Assembly: GCA_048884965.1 (NCBI GenBank)
Contig: JBHLQH010000027.1
Span: 1 to 46,379, forward strand
Length of the DNA: 46,379 nucleotides
Reading direction: 5' to 3'
From: Candidatus Thorarchaeota archaeon
GTDB lineage: Archaea > Asgardarchaeota > Thorarchaeia > Thorarchaeales > Thorarchaeaceae
The notes beneath the pieces were generated by a model. It saw only the letters and a list, made by a program, of their open reading frames with translations, was not told where the DNA came from and did not search any database. Every line of letters starts with the position of its first letter. Position 1 is the stretch's first letter. Of this stretch, positions 1-10,181 are shown one piece after another. The translations under genes and the position numbers were made by a program.

Positions 1-461
1 ATGAATAACGCCACAGTCACCGCACTGACGTCCTTTCTTGAACCAGGATCAGCAGCGACCTTGACACCAGTCCAGATTCCAAGAATGATAGACACGATAG
101 AGGAGGTACCCATCAACAGAAGAGTGTTGGGTAGTCTCGCCATCAGCTCATCCATTACTGGCTTCTGACTGACGAAGGAGATGCCGAAATTACCTGTGAA
201 CATATTCACGACATATCGCCAGAACATGTAGATCCAGTCAAATATGTCTGGATCAGGCACGAGCCCGAATCGCTCGTATAATTGTTCAAGCGCATCTCGT
301 GTGAGGTTCCTTCGAAGTTCCTCACTGATCATCAGGTCTACTGGACTAACGTCCAATACAAGTGTGGGAAGTCTGAAGAGAAAGAAGTTGAAACACACTA
401 CTGCTACAACGAGTAGAAACATGTAGATGCTTCTTCGAATTACATATTCTCTAAGTCCCAT
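1..461 (-). CDS. dppB: Peptide/nickel ABC transporter permease DppB/OppB (N-terminal part; continues beyond window start)
   Basis: Not in the ORF track. My manual translation from ATG at 461 gives MGLREYVIRRSIYMFLLVVAVVCFNFFLFRLP...FTGNFGISFVSQKPVMDELMARLPNTLLL, the typical DppB N-terminus and GxFGxS...PV...RLPxTL motif. Confidence 0.9.
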   Translation of the reverse strand, partial: MGLREYVIRRSIYMFLLVVAVVCFNFFLFRLPTLVLDVSPVDLMISEELRRNLTRDALEQLYERFGLVPDPDIFDWIYMFWRYVVNMFTGNFGISFVSQKPVMDELMARLPNTLLLMGTSSIVSIILGIWTGVKVAADPGSRKDVSAVTVALF

Positions 462-589
462 AATCAGACTCTCCATTTAATACCTAGTGACACTAAGTAC
501 TGTGAGCCAACATAGATTTGTTCTAATCCCCATATAAGCATAGTGCTCAAGGTAGACATAAATGATTTCTTTGAAAACACGCAAATTCT

Positions 590-632
590 AAAAAAAGAAG
601 AAAGGATGGAGCCCTTGAAGGGCTCTTCATCC
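590..632 (-). terminator. Putative hairpin + U-tract terminator downstream of dppC
   Basis: Inverted repeat GAGCCCTT-g-AAGGGCTC (609-625) inside a longer imperfect GGATG...CATCC stem. On the minus strand it is followed by TTTCTTCTTTTTTT, just after the dppC stop at 643. Confidence 0.6.
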
Positions 633-642
633 AAGATGTAGA

Positions 643-2214
643 TTATCTCTCGCGTAGACGCGGATTCAATACTTGGTCCAGCGTATGGCCAACGAACGTA
701 AAGGCCAATGACAGGATAGTAATCATCATACCAGGAAATACGACAACCCACCAGGCACCTGCACTGAAGCCTCCAGTGCTTTGTGCATCAGCAAGCATCC
801 TTCCCCAGCTTGGTTTACTAGGATCTGTCAGACCAAGGAATGAGAGTCCTGACTCTGAAAGAATCGCACCAACAACACCAAGGGTGATGTTAGCAAACAG
901 AATAGGAGTCACATTAGGTAGAACATGTCTGAAGATAATGTATGTGTCAGAAGCTCCAATAGCTCTAGCTGATTCCACGTAGGCCTTGTTCTTCTCAGCC
1001 ATGACTTGAGATCGAATCAGACGTGATGTCCCCGTCCAACCTAATATCGCAATTACCACGATGATGTTCTCAATGGTTGGACCGAGGAATGCCGCAAGGA
1101 CCATCATCAGTGGTAAGCTCGGTATCACTAGCAGAAAGTCTACAAATCTCATCAATACTTCATCCACTTTACCACCAAAGTAACCTGCTACTAGACCGAC
1201 TATCACACCTACTGCAGTTGATAGGGCAGTTGCAAGGATACCGATGGTGAGTGAAACCTGTGATCCGTAGACAAGCTGGCTCCATGCATCTCCGCCTTTA
1301 TCTGTTGAACCAAGAAGGCCAAAATAGTCACCATAGACAAGCATGCTGACACGTTTGAAGGTGACAGTCACAGAACCGTCGTATTCGTTCTCAGGATCTG
1401 CTCCGAGGTAGTTATCGAAATTATCTGTTGGAGCTAAGCCAACAGCAACTGTGAGAACATCAGTAGGATCTACCTGATCTCCGTTCTCATCCTCAATCAT
1501 TCCTCGCCAACCAGCTGCAATATCGAAGTAATTGAGATCAATCCTACGACTCTGGAAAATTTCATTATAGGGTGGGAATGAACGGTAAATCTGTTGCCAG
1601 TCACCGGATGAGTCAATGAGCCACATGTATACCTTGAACATCAGACCACCTTCCGGATGAGCTGCAAAGTCCCCTGTCATTGTGACAGAGAGCTCAAGTG
1701 TCATATTGACATCGCTTGGAAGGCTGTTGAAGTCCCACTGAATTTCTTGGGTGAAGTAGATGAAGCTATATGAATCAGGCATCATCCCAGAGGGGTCTAA
1801 AAGTCTCCAATCCATTGCACCAGGGGAGTGATCCCATGTGAGGTTCACATATCCATCCCCATCAGCTCCTGTATATCTTTCACCTGAAAATTCATCATCA
1901 TGTGCCCCTTGCACAGTGATTGCATTTGTTTCATCACTAAGCAAGTATTGATCAGGCATGTATTCTCCGGTCGTCACACCAGTTGGGTCAAAGACTGACA
2001 TCCAATTGGGCGCAAGGAAGCTAGGCGCTACCTTTGCATTAGGAGATGGATCATGTGTAGCTAGTGCGGGGGCACCTATTGCCATCCCGACATAGAATAC
2101 TAGCACAACGAGACCCAAAATCCCAATTTTGTGTTTCCGGTACTCTCTCCAAAATCCGCTAAAGTTTACGTACCAGTTGCTATCTTTCCATCCGCCTTTG
2201 TGATCATCAGACAC
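643..2214 (-). CDS. dppC: Peptide ABC transporter permease DppC/OppC with a large extracytoplasmic insertion
   Basis: LLGSTDKGGDAWSQLVYG, EAA-loop YVESARAIGASDTYIIFRHVLPN, and LSFLGL...PSWGRML. Start moved to GTG 2214 because GGAGG (2227-2223) lies 8 nt upstream. Confidence 0.9.
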   Translation of the reverse strand: MSDDHKGGWKDSNWYVNFSGFWREYRKHKIGILGLVVLVFYVGMAIGAPALATHDPSPNAKVAPSFLAPNWMSVFDPTGVTTGEYMPDQYLLSDETNAITVQGAHDDEFSGERYTGADGDGYVNLTWDHSPGAMDWRLLDPSGMMPDSYSFIYFTQEIQWDFNSLPSDVNMTLELSVTMTGDFAAHPEGGLMFKVYMWLIDSSGDWQQIYRSFPPYNEIFQSRRIDLNYFDIAAGWRGMIEDENGDQVDPTDVLTVAVGLAPTDNFDNYLGADPENEYDGSVTVTFKRVSMLVYGDYFGLLGSTDKGGDAWSQLVYGSQVSLTIGILATALSTAVGVIVGLVAGYFGGKVDEVLMRFVDFLLVIPSLPLMMVLAAFLGPTIENIIVVIAILGWTGTSRLIRSQVMAEKNKAYVESARAIGASDTYIIFRHVLPNVTPILFANITLGVVGAILSESGLSFLGLTDPSKPSWGRMLADAQSTGGFSAGAWWVVVFPGMMITILSLAFTFVGHTLDQVLNPRLRER

Positions 2215-2462
2215 GATAAAGGCCTCCGTGTGTATGAACGACCGGTGCATTGAGTCCTGTCGCTCATTTCACTTGTTCTTCTAGTGTATTTCCCAGAATT
2301 TTCTACTAAAAAAAGTGTCTGTCAAGGCGGGGAATCCGAAAAATTGGAAAAATGGACGAGGCAAAGAAAGATTTATGATTTTGCCGCAGCTGTGATTCTA
2401 ATTTTTACTAAAACCATTCGTAAAATCGAAGGCAGAAATTACATATTCATAGAGTGATTTGT

Positions 2463-2795
2463 CTATGAACTGCCTGAATCTTCAAGGGTGTCTAAGAAAG
2501 GATCGGATTCGTCATAGTCCTTTTTCTCTTCCTCACCAAGCTCCTCTATACGTTTTTCGCGGGCCTTGATTATGTCCTTTGTACGCCGTGAAGCCGCCCA
2601 GAGATCTGCGAAAACCATTCCAACAAGAAAGACCGTGAGCACTCCAGCTAGCGATATGATAGCTCCGATGAACCTGAGTGTTTCGTGAAGCAGCATCAGA
2701 CCCAGACCGCCAAAGATCATCACTGGGGGTATCACTAGAATTCGCTTTCGAGGTTCTTTTCGCGTTTCTGGAAATGCTCTAACCTTCATGGACAT
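2463..2795 (-). CDS. Small hypothetical membrane protein (2 TM helices, acidic C-tail)
   Basis: 110-aa ORF with two hydrophobic segments followed by a charged tail; fills the gap between dpp genes. Confidence 0.65.
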   Translation of the reverse strand: MSMKVRAFPETRKEPRKRILVIPPVMIFGGLGLMLLHETLRFIGAIISLAGVLTVFLVGMVFADLWAASRRTKDIIKAREKRIEELGEEEKKDYDESDPFLDTLEDSGSS

Positions 2796-3112
2796 TTTTA
2801 TTCAATGCATTCCCTGTGTGGTACCCTTTTACTATTTTCGAATCGTGCTAGTCCCATGTGAATTTTCTCATAGTAGTACGAATTTTCTTGTAATACCACT
2901 GAATCTCCTCTTTTTTGACGCTCTACCTACAATTATGAGTATATTTGCTGCTTCTGACAGACTTAAATTCAAGAGTAAACGCTTCCGGCAGCTTAGAGTA
3001 CAAAATGTTGCGTGCTCGTGCAGAAACGTATTTAAGAATCGTATCGACAGCGGGAGCCGTTACGGGTGTGATGGAAACCCCATACATGTACTCATTTGGA
3101 GTGTACGGAAGC

Positions 3113-4102
3113 ATGAATCTCCTAGACATCAGAAACTTGCGGATGTTTTACCAGACACAGAAGGGTCTCGTAAAGGCCGTTGACAACGTTTCTCTAGAGC
3201 TAGATGTCGGTGAATCCATTGGTCTTGCAGGAGAAAGCGGTTGTGGTAAGAGCTCCCTCGCATATTCTATAATGCAACTTTTACCTCCCGCAGCCAACAT
3301 CGTTGGTGGTAATATCTACTTCAAGGGCGATGACTTACTGCGCAAATCAGCTAGAGAAATGCGTGACATTAGATGGAAGAATGTTGCTATTGTCTTCCAG
3401 GGTGCAATGAATGCTCTCAATCCCGTTTTTGAGATTGGTGAGCAAATTGCTGAAGCTATCCTTATGCACGAGAACGTGACAGAAGAGGAAGCTCTTGACC
3501 GATGTGCCAAGCTCTTTGAGATGGTTGGTCTCGATCCCGGAAGAATTCATAATTATCCACATGAGTTTTCAGGTGGTATGCGCCAGCGTGCAATGATTGC
3601 CATGGCTCTTGCTTGCAATCCGGACTTGGTAATTGCAGACGAGCCAACAACAGCGCTTGACGTTACTATCCAAGCTCAGATTCTAAAACTCATGCAGAAG
3701 CTACAGAAGGACCTTGGTCTATCTTTGATCCTGATAACACACGACCTTTCAGTTATTGCAGAAACGTGTGATAAGACGGCAATCATGTATGCAGGTCGAA
3801 TTGCAGAACTTGCCGATGTCGTATCAGTCTTCAAGGAGCCAATCCACCCGTACGCTACTGGTTTGGTTGGTGCTATTCCAAGCATGATCAAAGCAGAGAA
3901 GAAGAAACTAACCTCTATCCCAGGTTCACCTCCGGATCTCATTGATCCTCCAACAGGATGCAGGTTCCATCCACGATGTCCATATGCTGAGGACGTCTGT
4001 GTAAGGGAAGAACCATCCTTTGATGAAGTAGAGCCTGGTCGTTACGTGTCGTGTCACTTCCACGAACGCCTGAGGGGAGAACTAACAGTAGATCTTGATT
4101 AA
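3113..4102 (+). CDS. dppD: Peptide ABC transporter ATP-binding protein DppD/OppD
   Basis: Walker A GESGCGKS, signature FSGGMRQR, Walker [12 protein letters not shown]-terminal GCRFHPRC Fe-S motif. Start set at MNLLDIRNL (ATG 3113) with GGAG upstream. Confidence 0.95.
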   Translation: MNLLDIRNLRMFYQTQKGLVKAVDNVSLELDVGESIGLAGESGCGKSSLAYSIMQLLPPAANIVGGNIYFKGDDLLRKSAREMRDIRWKNVAIVFQGAMNALNPVFEIGEQIAEAILMHENVTEEEALDRCAKLFEMVGLDPGRIHNYPHEFSGGMRQRAMIAMALACNPDLVIADEPTTALDVTIQAQILKLMQKLQKDLGLSLILITHDLSVIAETCDKTAIMYAGRIAELADVVSVFKEPIHPYATGLVGAIPSMIKAEKKKLTSIPGSPPDLIDPPTGCRFHPRCPYAEDVCVREEPSFDEVEPGRYVSCHFHERLRGELTVDLD

Positions 4103-4116
4103 GGAGGCCCAAAAAG

Positions 4117-5178
4117 ATGACAATTGATGATTCAAGAGTGCTTGAGCAATCAACACATATCCGGGAAGGTGAACCACTCATCAAGGTCCGCGAGATGCGG
4201 AAATGGTTCCCAGTCAATACGGGCTTTCTATCCTCCCTATTATACAAACAGGAGTTGTTTGTGAAAGCCGTTGACGGTGTTACATTTGATATCATAAAAG
4301 GTGAAGTACTAGTACTTGCAGGCGAATCCGGTTGTGGAAAAACTACGACTGGTAGATGTGTCCTTAACTTGGAAACCCCAACCGACGGACATGTTGTATA
4401 TGCTGGTCAAGACCTCACTACACTTGATAGGAATGAAATGAAGGAGCTACGGAAGAGGATGCAGATTACATTCCAAGATCCGTACGAATCCCTCAATCCA
4501 AAGCAGAGCATTGCCAGCATCGTTGAAGAGCCACTCACAGTACACAAGATTCCTTTGACTCCGAGTCAAAGGAGAGAGCGAGTGCTTGAGGCTCTTGAGA
4601 GTGTCGCACTGACCCCAGCAGAGGATTACATCGACAGATATCCACATGAACTATCAGGTGGTCAAAGACAGAGAATATCGGTAGCACGTGCACTCATTCT
4701 TCACCCAGAGTTTATGGTTGCAGATGAGCCAGTATCTATGCTGGATGTGTCAATTCGTGCAGAGATTCTGAACTTGCTCCTTCAACTGAGAAAAGAGCTT
4801 GGTCTTACGTATCTCTTCATCACCCATGACTTGGCTGTTGCTACCTATATTGCAGACAGAATTGGAATTATGTATCTTGGAAAAATCATGGAAATTGGTC
4901 CCGCTCATGAGGTCGCGTTCAATTCACAGCATCCGTACACTCGTGCGTTGATTTCTGCTGTACCATCAGGGGATCCAACCGTGAAGCGTCGTGTAGAATC
5001 CCTTAAGGGAGAACCACCGAGTCCAATCAATGTACCAAGTGGCTGCCGATTCCATCCACGATGTCCATATGCTCAGGAAATATGCGTGAGGGAGATTCCT
5101 GATGATAGAGACATGGGTAGCGGACACTATGTTGCATGTCACTTCGCTGGAGAGCTTGGTGACGCTGCCAACTACTAA
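4117..5178 (+). CDS. dppF: Peptide ABC transporter ATP-binding protein DppF/OppF
   Basis: [34 protein letters not shown]; GGAGG RBS 9 nt upstream. Confidence 0.95.
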   Translation: MTIDDSRVLEQSTHIREGEPLIKVREMRKWFPVNTGFLSSLLYKQELFVKAVDGVTFDIIKGEVLVLAGESGCGKTTTGRCVLNLETPTDGHVVYAGQDLTTLDRNEMKELRKRMQITFQDPYESLNPKQSIASIVEEPLTVHKIPLTPSQRRERVLEALESVALTPAEDYIDRYPHELSGGQRQRISVARALILHPEFMVADEPVSMLDVSIRAEILNLLLQLRKELGLTYLFITHDLAVATYIADRIGIMYLGKIMEIGPAHEVAFNSQHPYTRALISAVPSGDPTVKRRVESLKGEPPSPINVPSGCRFHPRCPYAQEICVREIPDDRDMGSGHYVACHFAGELGDAANY

Positions 5179-5190
5179 TAGATTATTCAT

Positions 5191-5228
5191 GGGGCAGAAC
5201 ACATCTGCCCCGTACTGCTTCTTTTTCT
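5191..5228 (+). terminator. Putative hairpin terminator after dppF
   Basis: Perfect stem GGGGCAGA-acaca-TCTGCCCC (5191-5211) followed by a T-rich stretch (CTTCTTTTTCT). Confidence 0.65.
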
Positions 5229-5252
5229 GTAATATTGAATGGGGATAGCTTC

Positions 5253-5690
5253 ATGAGTGAGATAACCGATAGGCCACGGGTGATAGGCGCAATTAAGACA
5301 TGTTTATCTAAAGCATTCGATAGTGTTCAGGACGCAATGGATGCGTTAGATGCGATTGCAGATGGTTCAGTTGGAACAGGGATGACACCACTAATCGGTG
5401 GTTATGCGATGCCTGATCCTAAGGAAAAGTATAGGTCTGCTTTGATTGACATAGATTCAACTGAGAAGGCATTGAAACCTCTCGTAAAACGGGTCAGTGA
5501 TGGTCGTGTAAATAAATCCCATTTTCAAAGCGATGAAGCAATGATTATTCTAAAGGATATCGCTGAATTTGAATATGATATCCTACTTGCCAAACTTCAA
5601 GAGAAGACAGGTAGAGAGAGCGTTTGGTACAGGCTTCGCGAATTGTCCGAAAAGATTGAGAGAGTCTATAAGTTAGTTTCAAAAGAGTAA
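5253..5690 (+). CDS. Hypothetical helical protein
   Basis: Uninterrupted ORF with protein-like composition; probable start MSEITD at ATG 5253 (the track starts at TTG 5235). Confidence 0.65.
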   Translation: MSEITDRPRVIGAIKTCLSKAFDSVQDAMDALDAIADGSVGTGMTPLIGGYAMPDPKEKYRSALIDIDSTEKALKPLVKRVSDGRVNKSHFQSDEAMIILKDIAEFEYDILLAKLQEKTGRESVWYRLRELSEKIERVYKLVSKE

Positions 5691-5758
5691 GCTCCACTAA
5701 GTAACTAATGCTTTGGCAAAAGGTAATAACCTATCAATAGTGATTTCTTACTGAGGTC

Positions 5759-6448
5759 ATGAGGAAAGGGTGGTATCTGTCTTTGAGTCTACAATCATCT
5801 GAACGAATCGAAAAGCAATTGCAAAGAGCCAAGAACATTCTCATTCAGACAGAAGATACAATTGGGAGGATTAAGACATCACTTCAACCCACTGAGCAAT
5901 CGCTAATGTTGAAGGAGTTTAAGACAAGAACTGTTCTTGATCCTGGCGAATCAAAGGTTGTTCTGTGTTTGGAGGAAGAACTAGCGATATCAAAAGCGTT
6001 TAGCAAAGCTCTCTCGAAGATGGATGGCAAGAAACCCACACTTGTAAAGATACCTGAAGAAAGCAACTCCAGGCTTACAAACCTCACTGTAGCACGTATG
6101 ATACCTTCAGAGGTTCTTGCAAAAGAAGACGGTCAGGTTATAGTAGTAAATGTTCAGAAAGAAAGGATGTTGAAACATCTAGAGAATTCGAGAACAGTTA
6201 TCATTGGAGATCGTTACTCTCTACAATACAAAGATACAGTTCAGCGGTTGAGTAAAGCTTTACAGAAATTGGAAATCTCTGTGATAACAGACATAGGGTT
6301 ACATGGAGGAGGCTCATTGACATTCGAGCTTGTGAGAACCCTTGGAATGAGGCCCAAATCCACAGTTCTTGAAATGACACTAAGCTGTTCGGTGGCAGAC
6401 AATTCGGAGTCGCTTCGTCGGATAATTGAGGCACTTCTTTCGCTGTAG
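5759..6448 (+). CDS. Hypothetical protein; C-terminal half resembles a degenerate N-formylglutamate amidohydrolase (Zn-exopeptidase) fold
   Basis: TVIIGDRYS...RLSKALQKLEISV...HGGGSLT...VLEMTLS parallels the FGase pattern DIxxGtRxg...L..aL...gy.V...pf.GGyit...aiQiEi, but the metal-ligand His/Glu are missing. The stop directly abuts the next ORF. True start may be TTG 5783. Confidence 0.5.
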   Translation: MRKGWYLSLSLQSSERIEKQLQRAKNILIQTEDTIGRIKTSLQPTEQSLMLKEFKTRTVLDPGESKVVLCLEEELAISKAFSKALSKMDGKKPTLVKIPEESNSRLTNLTVARMIPSEVLAKEDGQVIVVNVQKERMLKHLENSRTVIIGDRYSLQYKDTVQRLSKALQKLEISVITDIGLHGGGSLTFELVRTLGMRPKSTVLEMTLSCSVADNSESLRRIIEALLSL

Positions 6449-6457
6449 GTGAATCTA

Positions 6458-9400
6458 GTGAGTGAGAAACCAACAACAATGAAAGAGATGCAGTTGCCTT
6501 TTCCACACGGCATGGAAGTTGAACTACAAGTCATTAAGAGAGATGGCTCATGGATAAAGGGAGAAGAGGTCCTAGAGGTCTTTGACAGACTTGTAGCAAA
6601 TGCAATATCATTACTTGAGAAGAGAATTCGTGTATCACCAGTTCCGTCTGTCAAAAAGAAGTACCGTAGATCAACTCAGACGGAGGAAGGAGAACGAGGT
6701 TCTAGGGTTGTTTCATCGTATGAGGACCCGCATGGAGAAGTCAAGGAGTTCACTCTTGTGGGGCATGACCCCAATGTTACCAGTCTGACCTGGATTCTAG
6801 AAATCGCAACACCTCCATGCACCACTCTTGAGGAACTAGCATGGTGGGTTCAATCCTTGATTGCGATATCCTATGAATCCATTCCGAAGGATGCTAATAT
6901 TACTCTTATCTCAACAGGACTCAATCCAGCACAAGAATATCTGAAGAATCTCTCATTCGGTGAACATCATCATTTCTTGGGTCCTGATACTTCTGAGAAG
7001 GTAAGAATTGGTGTCTACAATATGGTACGGAACTTTGTGCCACACATCATTGCATTGACTGTCAATTCACCTTTTGAGAACAAGAGAACGACAGATGAGG
7101 TATGGGTTGACGATGATGGAAAGACACGAGCACCGAAGTGCAAAAGATCCATTCGTTTAGTCAACAACACTACTCAACTAGGACCGACCAATGAGTTCGA
7201 GTTTATTCCATATCTCGAGAAGCCTGATGAAGAGGGCTTCGCTCGCCATGTTAACCGAAGTTATGCAAGAATGGTCGACCTCTATCCATTCACTCGTTTG
7301 CAGACCATTGAACTAAGAGTGAGTGATACACAGCTTTCAATCCCTCGAAGAATAGCAATCGCTCTCCTCCTACAAACATTATCATTGAAAGCCAAGAGGA
7401 TGATTGAGAGTGGTCAAGAAATTCCGGATGTTGGTGCCAGTTCCCTAGCTGCAAACAGAGAATCAGCTGTTGAAGCAGGTCTTTGGGGACCTTTTAGACC
7501 AGCAAAGGAGAATCCGGATTCTGAATTCATTAAAATCTACAACAGGCAAATCAATGATGATGGAAGCATCAATGAGAAGAAGCGAAATCGGTTTATGGGA
7601 GATGCCATTAACTCAATGCTCTACATCATACGTGAAGAACTGGAAGAGCTCGATTTAATTGATAATCCTTTCATGCAACCGATACTAGTATCAATATATG
7701 GTAGCGAGTTCTTTGATGCAAAAACCACTGGAGCAGATTTCCAGCTTGATGTCTATGCAAAATCTGAACTGAATCTGGTTGTTCTTCTCAGAAAACTATC
7801 TGAGATAACGAGAGAATGCTGTATCAATTGGCTATATGATCCACTTGAAGGAACACCACAACTGCCCACTTGGTTGTGTTGGTGGAAAGGCATCGAACCT
7901 GAGATTGTTACAGACAAAGAGAGAATATTCGCGGGTCAACGGGCTCATGTGTCTATCTCGATTCGAAATGCTCTTGATAAAGCAGTAGAAGATTTGACCT
8001 TGACTTGCACCATAGAAGATTCTGACAGACATGTCGTTGAACGCAAACTGATTCCTATTACCAGAATAGAATCGGGAGAGATATTCATCGAACATCTCGA
8101 ATTTGATACTTCTAAAGGCATTCCTGCTTACAACATCCTGGCTGCTGTTAGCTTAGCAGGACAGGAAGTTCATGTTTCAGGATCCATCCAGACCTTTTGG
8201 ACAAAGGCAGCTATACGACCTACTACAACAACGATATTCGCAGATGGTGCTACTCAAATTCCGTTCTCCGGAGAGATAGAAACAAGCTACCCAGAAAGCG
8301 AATTTCTGGCTGTCAAAGTCAGCGTACTATCGCCTAGTAGGGAAAAGATTCTTGCAGAAGTAGAGCAGCCACTTTCTGTTGAAGCTGGCGGAGTAATCTC
8401 CTTCAAGAATAAAGACTTTCCACCTCTTGTTGTACCAGACGACCTTTCAGAAGGTGTAGAACGTTGTGTTTTGAAAATCAGTCTTACTGATTCAGACGGA
8501 GAGGAAGTAACAGCCAATACTTCTAAACCGTTCTATATTGGGTTTGTTAGAAAGGGACCAAAGATAATTCTCGAGGCAAATATCAAGGAAAACTATAAGC
8601 CAGGAGAAACAATTGTTGGGAAAATCGAATTGAAGGCCAAGGGTGAATCCATAGCCAAGGATGCATCGGCATCAATCATCTTCCTAGCAGATTCTGGAAG
8701 GAGACATTCGATTACAACTCTACCTGTCAAAGACCTTGCAAAGGGAGCGATTGAATTCGAGTGGAGGATACCACCTATACACTCTGAGAATACAGCAGAA
8801 CGTACAGGAGTAATCAGAGTTGAACTACTGGATGGAATCGAAGTTATCAGTTCGACGCAATCGGAGAGATTCAAATTAGAGCATGTTGGTGTGCGGATAA
8901 GTATCGATTCACTTCGGATTCCATCTGCAACTGAGGTCGGAGCTAAGATCACCGGATGGCTGCGAGTCCGTCGAAATACAGAATCAGGTGAAAAGGCGAC
9001 TCTTGATTTGACATTCAGGTATCCTGATGGGACAGAAATTCATGCTCTATCGCAACCCATTAGGCAAAGTAGAAACCTATCGGTAGCCTTTGGACCAATA
9101 GAGGTTCCTAGCTCAGAATCAGGTGAGCGTTTCGACCAAGTAGATTTGGAAGCAAAGATATCCTATGGCGGAATAGTCATCGACTCCCGAGTCGAAACAT
9201 TGCGCCTAGATGGAGTCGAAGAGCCACATCTTGTCCGAATATCATTTTCTGGAGTACCTAGCTTTGTTACACCAGATGAAACCTTGCATTCGACTATTCA
9301 CGTTTCGAACCTCTCCAGTGAGGAGGTCCCCTGTATGCTTGCAGCCCAGCTTGACACAATAAAGGGAGCTATTCCAATCTGGCAAAAGGAAATCACGTTG

Positions 9401-9907
9401 AAACCAAAGCAAACTGGGCTCTACGCAATAAGCATCGATATTCCACTATCAATCGAGATGAGTACAGCATATCTAATGGCAAAGGCGACAACCACAAAGG
9501 GAGTAACTCGAGGATCAAAGCGTCTCAAGATCAAAGCTGTTGAGGAAGCGCATTTCCATTTCAGATATATGATAAAGGATCTGAATGGAGTAGAGATCCC
9601 AGGCTTAGTGCCAAGAGTGACTCCAATCAAATTGATTGTCATCGGAAAAGCAACAACAAAGGCACTTGATGAAGTAAAGATTCTTCTACGAGTAATGTCT
9701 CGAAGAAAGGTCATCAAGCTCTTCGAGATTAACTCGATGTCTATCAAGAAAAGAAAGGATAGCGAGTTCGAAGTAGAGATCCCATGGACAACTCCCTCCG
9801 TCGATATGGTTACTGGCTATTACTTAGAAGCGCTTGTAGAACAGGGAGGCCAGATTCTACCGGATAGGGCGGTAGAACAAACATCAAAGCAGTTCACAGT
9901 GTACTGA
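6458..9907 (+). CDS. Glutamate-cysteine ligase family 2 (GCS2/YbdK-like carboxylate-amine ligase) fused to ~6 C-terminal beta-sandwich repeats
   Basis: GMEVELQV, LEIATPPC, GEHHHF, ALTVNSPF and TIELRVSDTQ match GCS2 motifs (GxExEl, EixTp, hHvH, AlsaNSPF, tiEvRxxD). The remaining ~670 aa is beta-rich. Start GTG 6458 follows an AGGTGA SD. Confidence 0.85.
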   Translation: MSEKPTTMKEMQLPFPHGMEVELQVIKRDGSWIKGEEVLEVFDRLVANAISLLEKRIRVSPVPSVKKKYRRSTQTEEGERGSRVVSSYEDPHGEVKEFTLVGHDPNVTSLTWILEIATPPCTTLEELAWWVQSLIAISYESIPKDANITLISTGLNPAQEYLKNLSFGEHHHFLGPDTSEKVRIGVYNMVRNFVPHIIALTVNSPFENKRTTDEVWVDDDGKTRAPKCKRSIRLVNNTTQLGPTNEFEFIPYLEKPDEEGFARHVNRSYARMVDLYPFTRLQTIELRVSDTQLSIPRRIAIALLLQTLSLKAKRMIESGQEIPDVGASSLAANRESAVEAGLWGPFRPAKENPDSEFIKIYNRQINDDGSINEKKRNRFMGDAINSMLYIIREELEELDLIDNPFMQPILVSIYGSEFFDAKTTGADFQLDVYAKSELNLVVLLRKLSEITRECCINWLYDPLEGTPQLPTWLCWWKGIEPEIVTDKERIFAGQRAHVSISIRNALDKAVEDLTLTCTIEDSDRHVVERKLIPITRIESGEIFIEHLEFDTSKGIPAYNILAAVSLAGQEVHVSGSIQTFWTKAAIRPTTTTIFADGATQIPFSGEIETSYPESEFLAVKVSVLSPSREKILAEVEQPLSVEAGGVISFKNKDFPPLVVPDDLSEGVERCVLKISLTDSDGEEVTANTSKPFYIGFVRKGPKIILEANIKENYKPGETIVGKIELKAKGESIAKDASASIIFLADSGRRHSITTLPVKDLAKGAIEFEWRIPPIHSENTAERTGVIRVELLDGIEVISSTQSERFKLEHVGVRISIDSLRIPSATEVGAKITGWLRVRRNTESGEKATLDLTFRYPDGTEIHALSQPIRQSRNLSVAFGPIEVPSSESGERFDQVDLEAKISYGGIVIDSRVETLRLDGVEEPHLVRISFSGVPSFVTPDETLHSTIHVSNLSSEEVPCMLAAQLDTIKGAIPIWQKEITLKPKQTGLYAISIDIPLSIEMSTAYLMAKATTTKGVTRGSKRLKIKAVEEAHFHFRYMIKDLNGVEIPGLVPRVTPIKLIVIGKATTKALDEVKILLRVMSRRKVIKLFEINSMSIKKRKDSEFEVEIPWTTPSVDMVTGYYLEALVEQGGQILPDRAVEQTSKQFTVY

Positions 9908-10181
9908 TAGTTTATATCTGAAGAATATTTTACGGTTGTATAACACTCCGTTTTGGTAATAGTAAGCCCAAATACGCGCGATTTGGAGAAAAAAGTATCA
10001 AATTAGGCGATGTATAATTCGACGATATATACAGTCAAGACCAAAGGTATAATAGGGGCAAAAAGAGCCCTTTGTATTAATCGGAGCAACCAACCAACTC
10101 CTGATTTACAATCATAGAATAATCGATGATACCCCATATTTGACAGCCATAATATAGTATTGAGAGACGGAAGTGAGAATT

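Noticed and set aside
2945-3112. N-terminal extension of dppD in the ORF track
   Set aside because: Homology starts at MNLLDIRNL with an RBS upstream; the extension covers promoter-like DNA.
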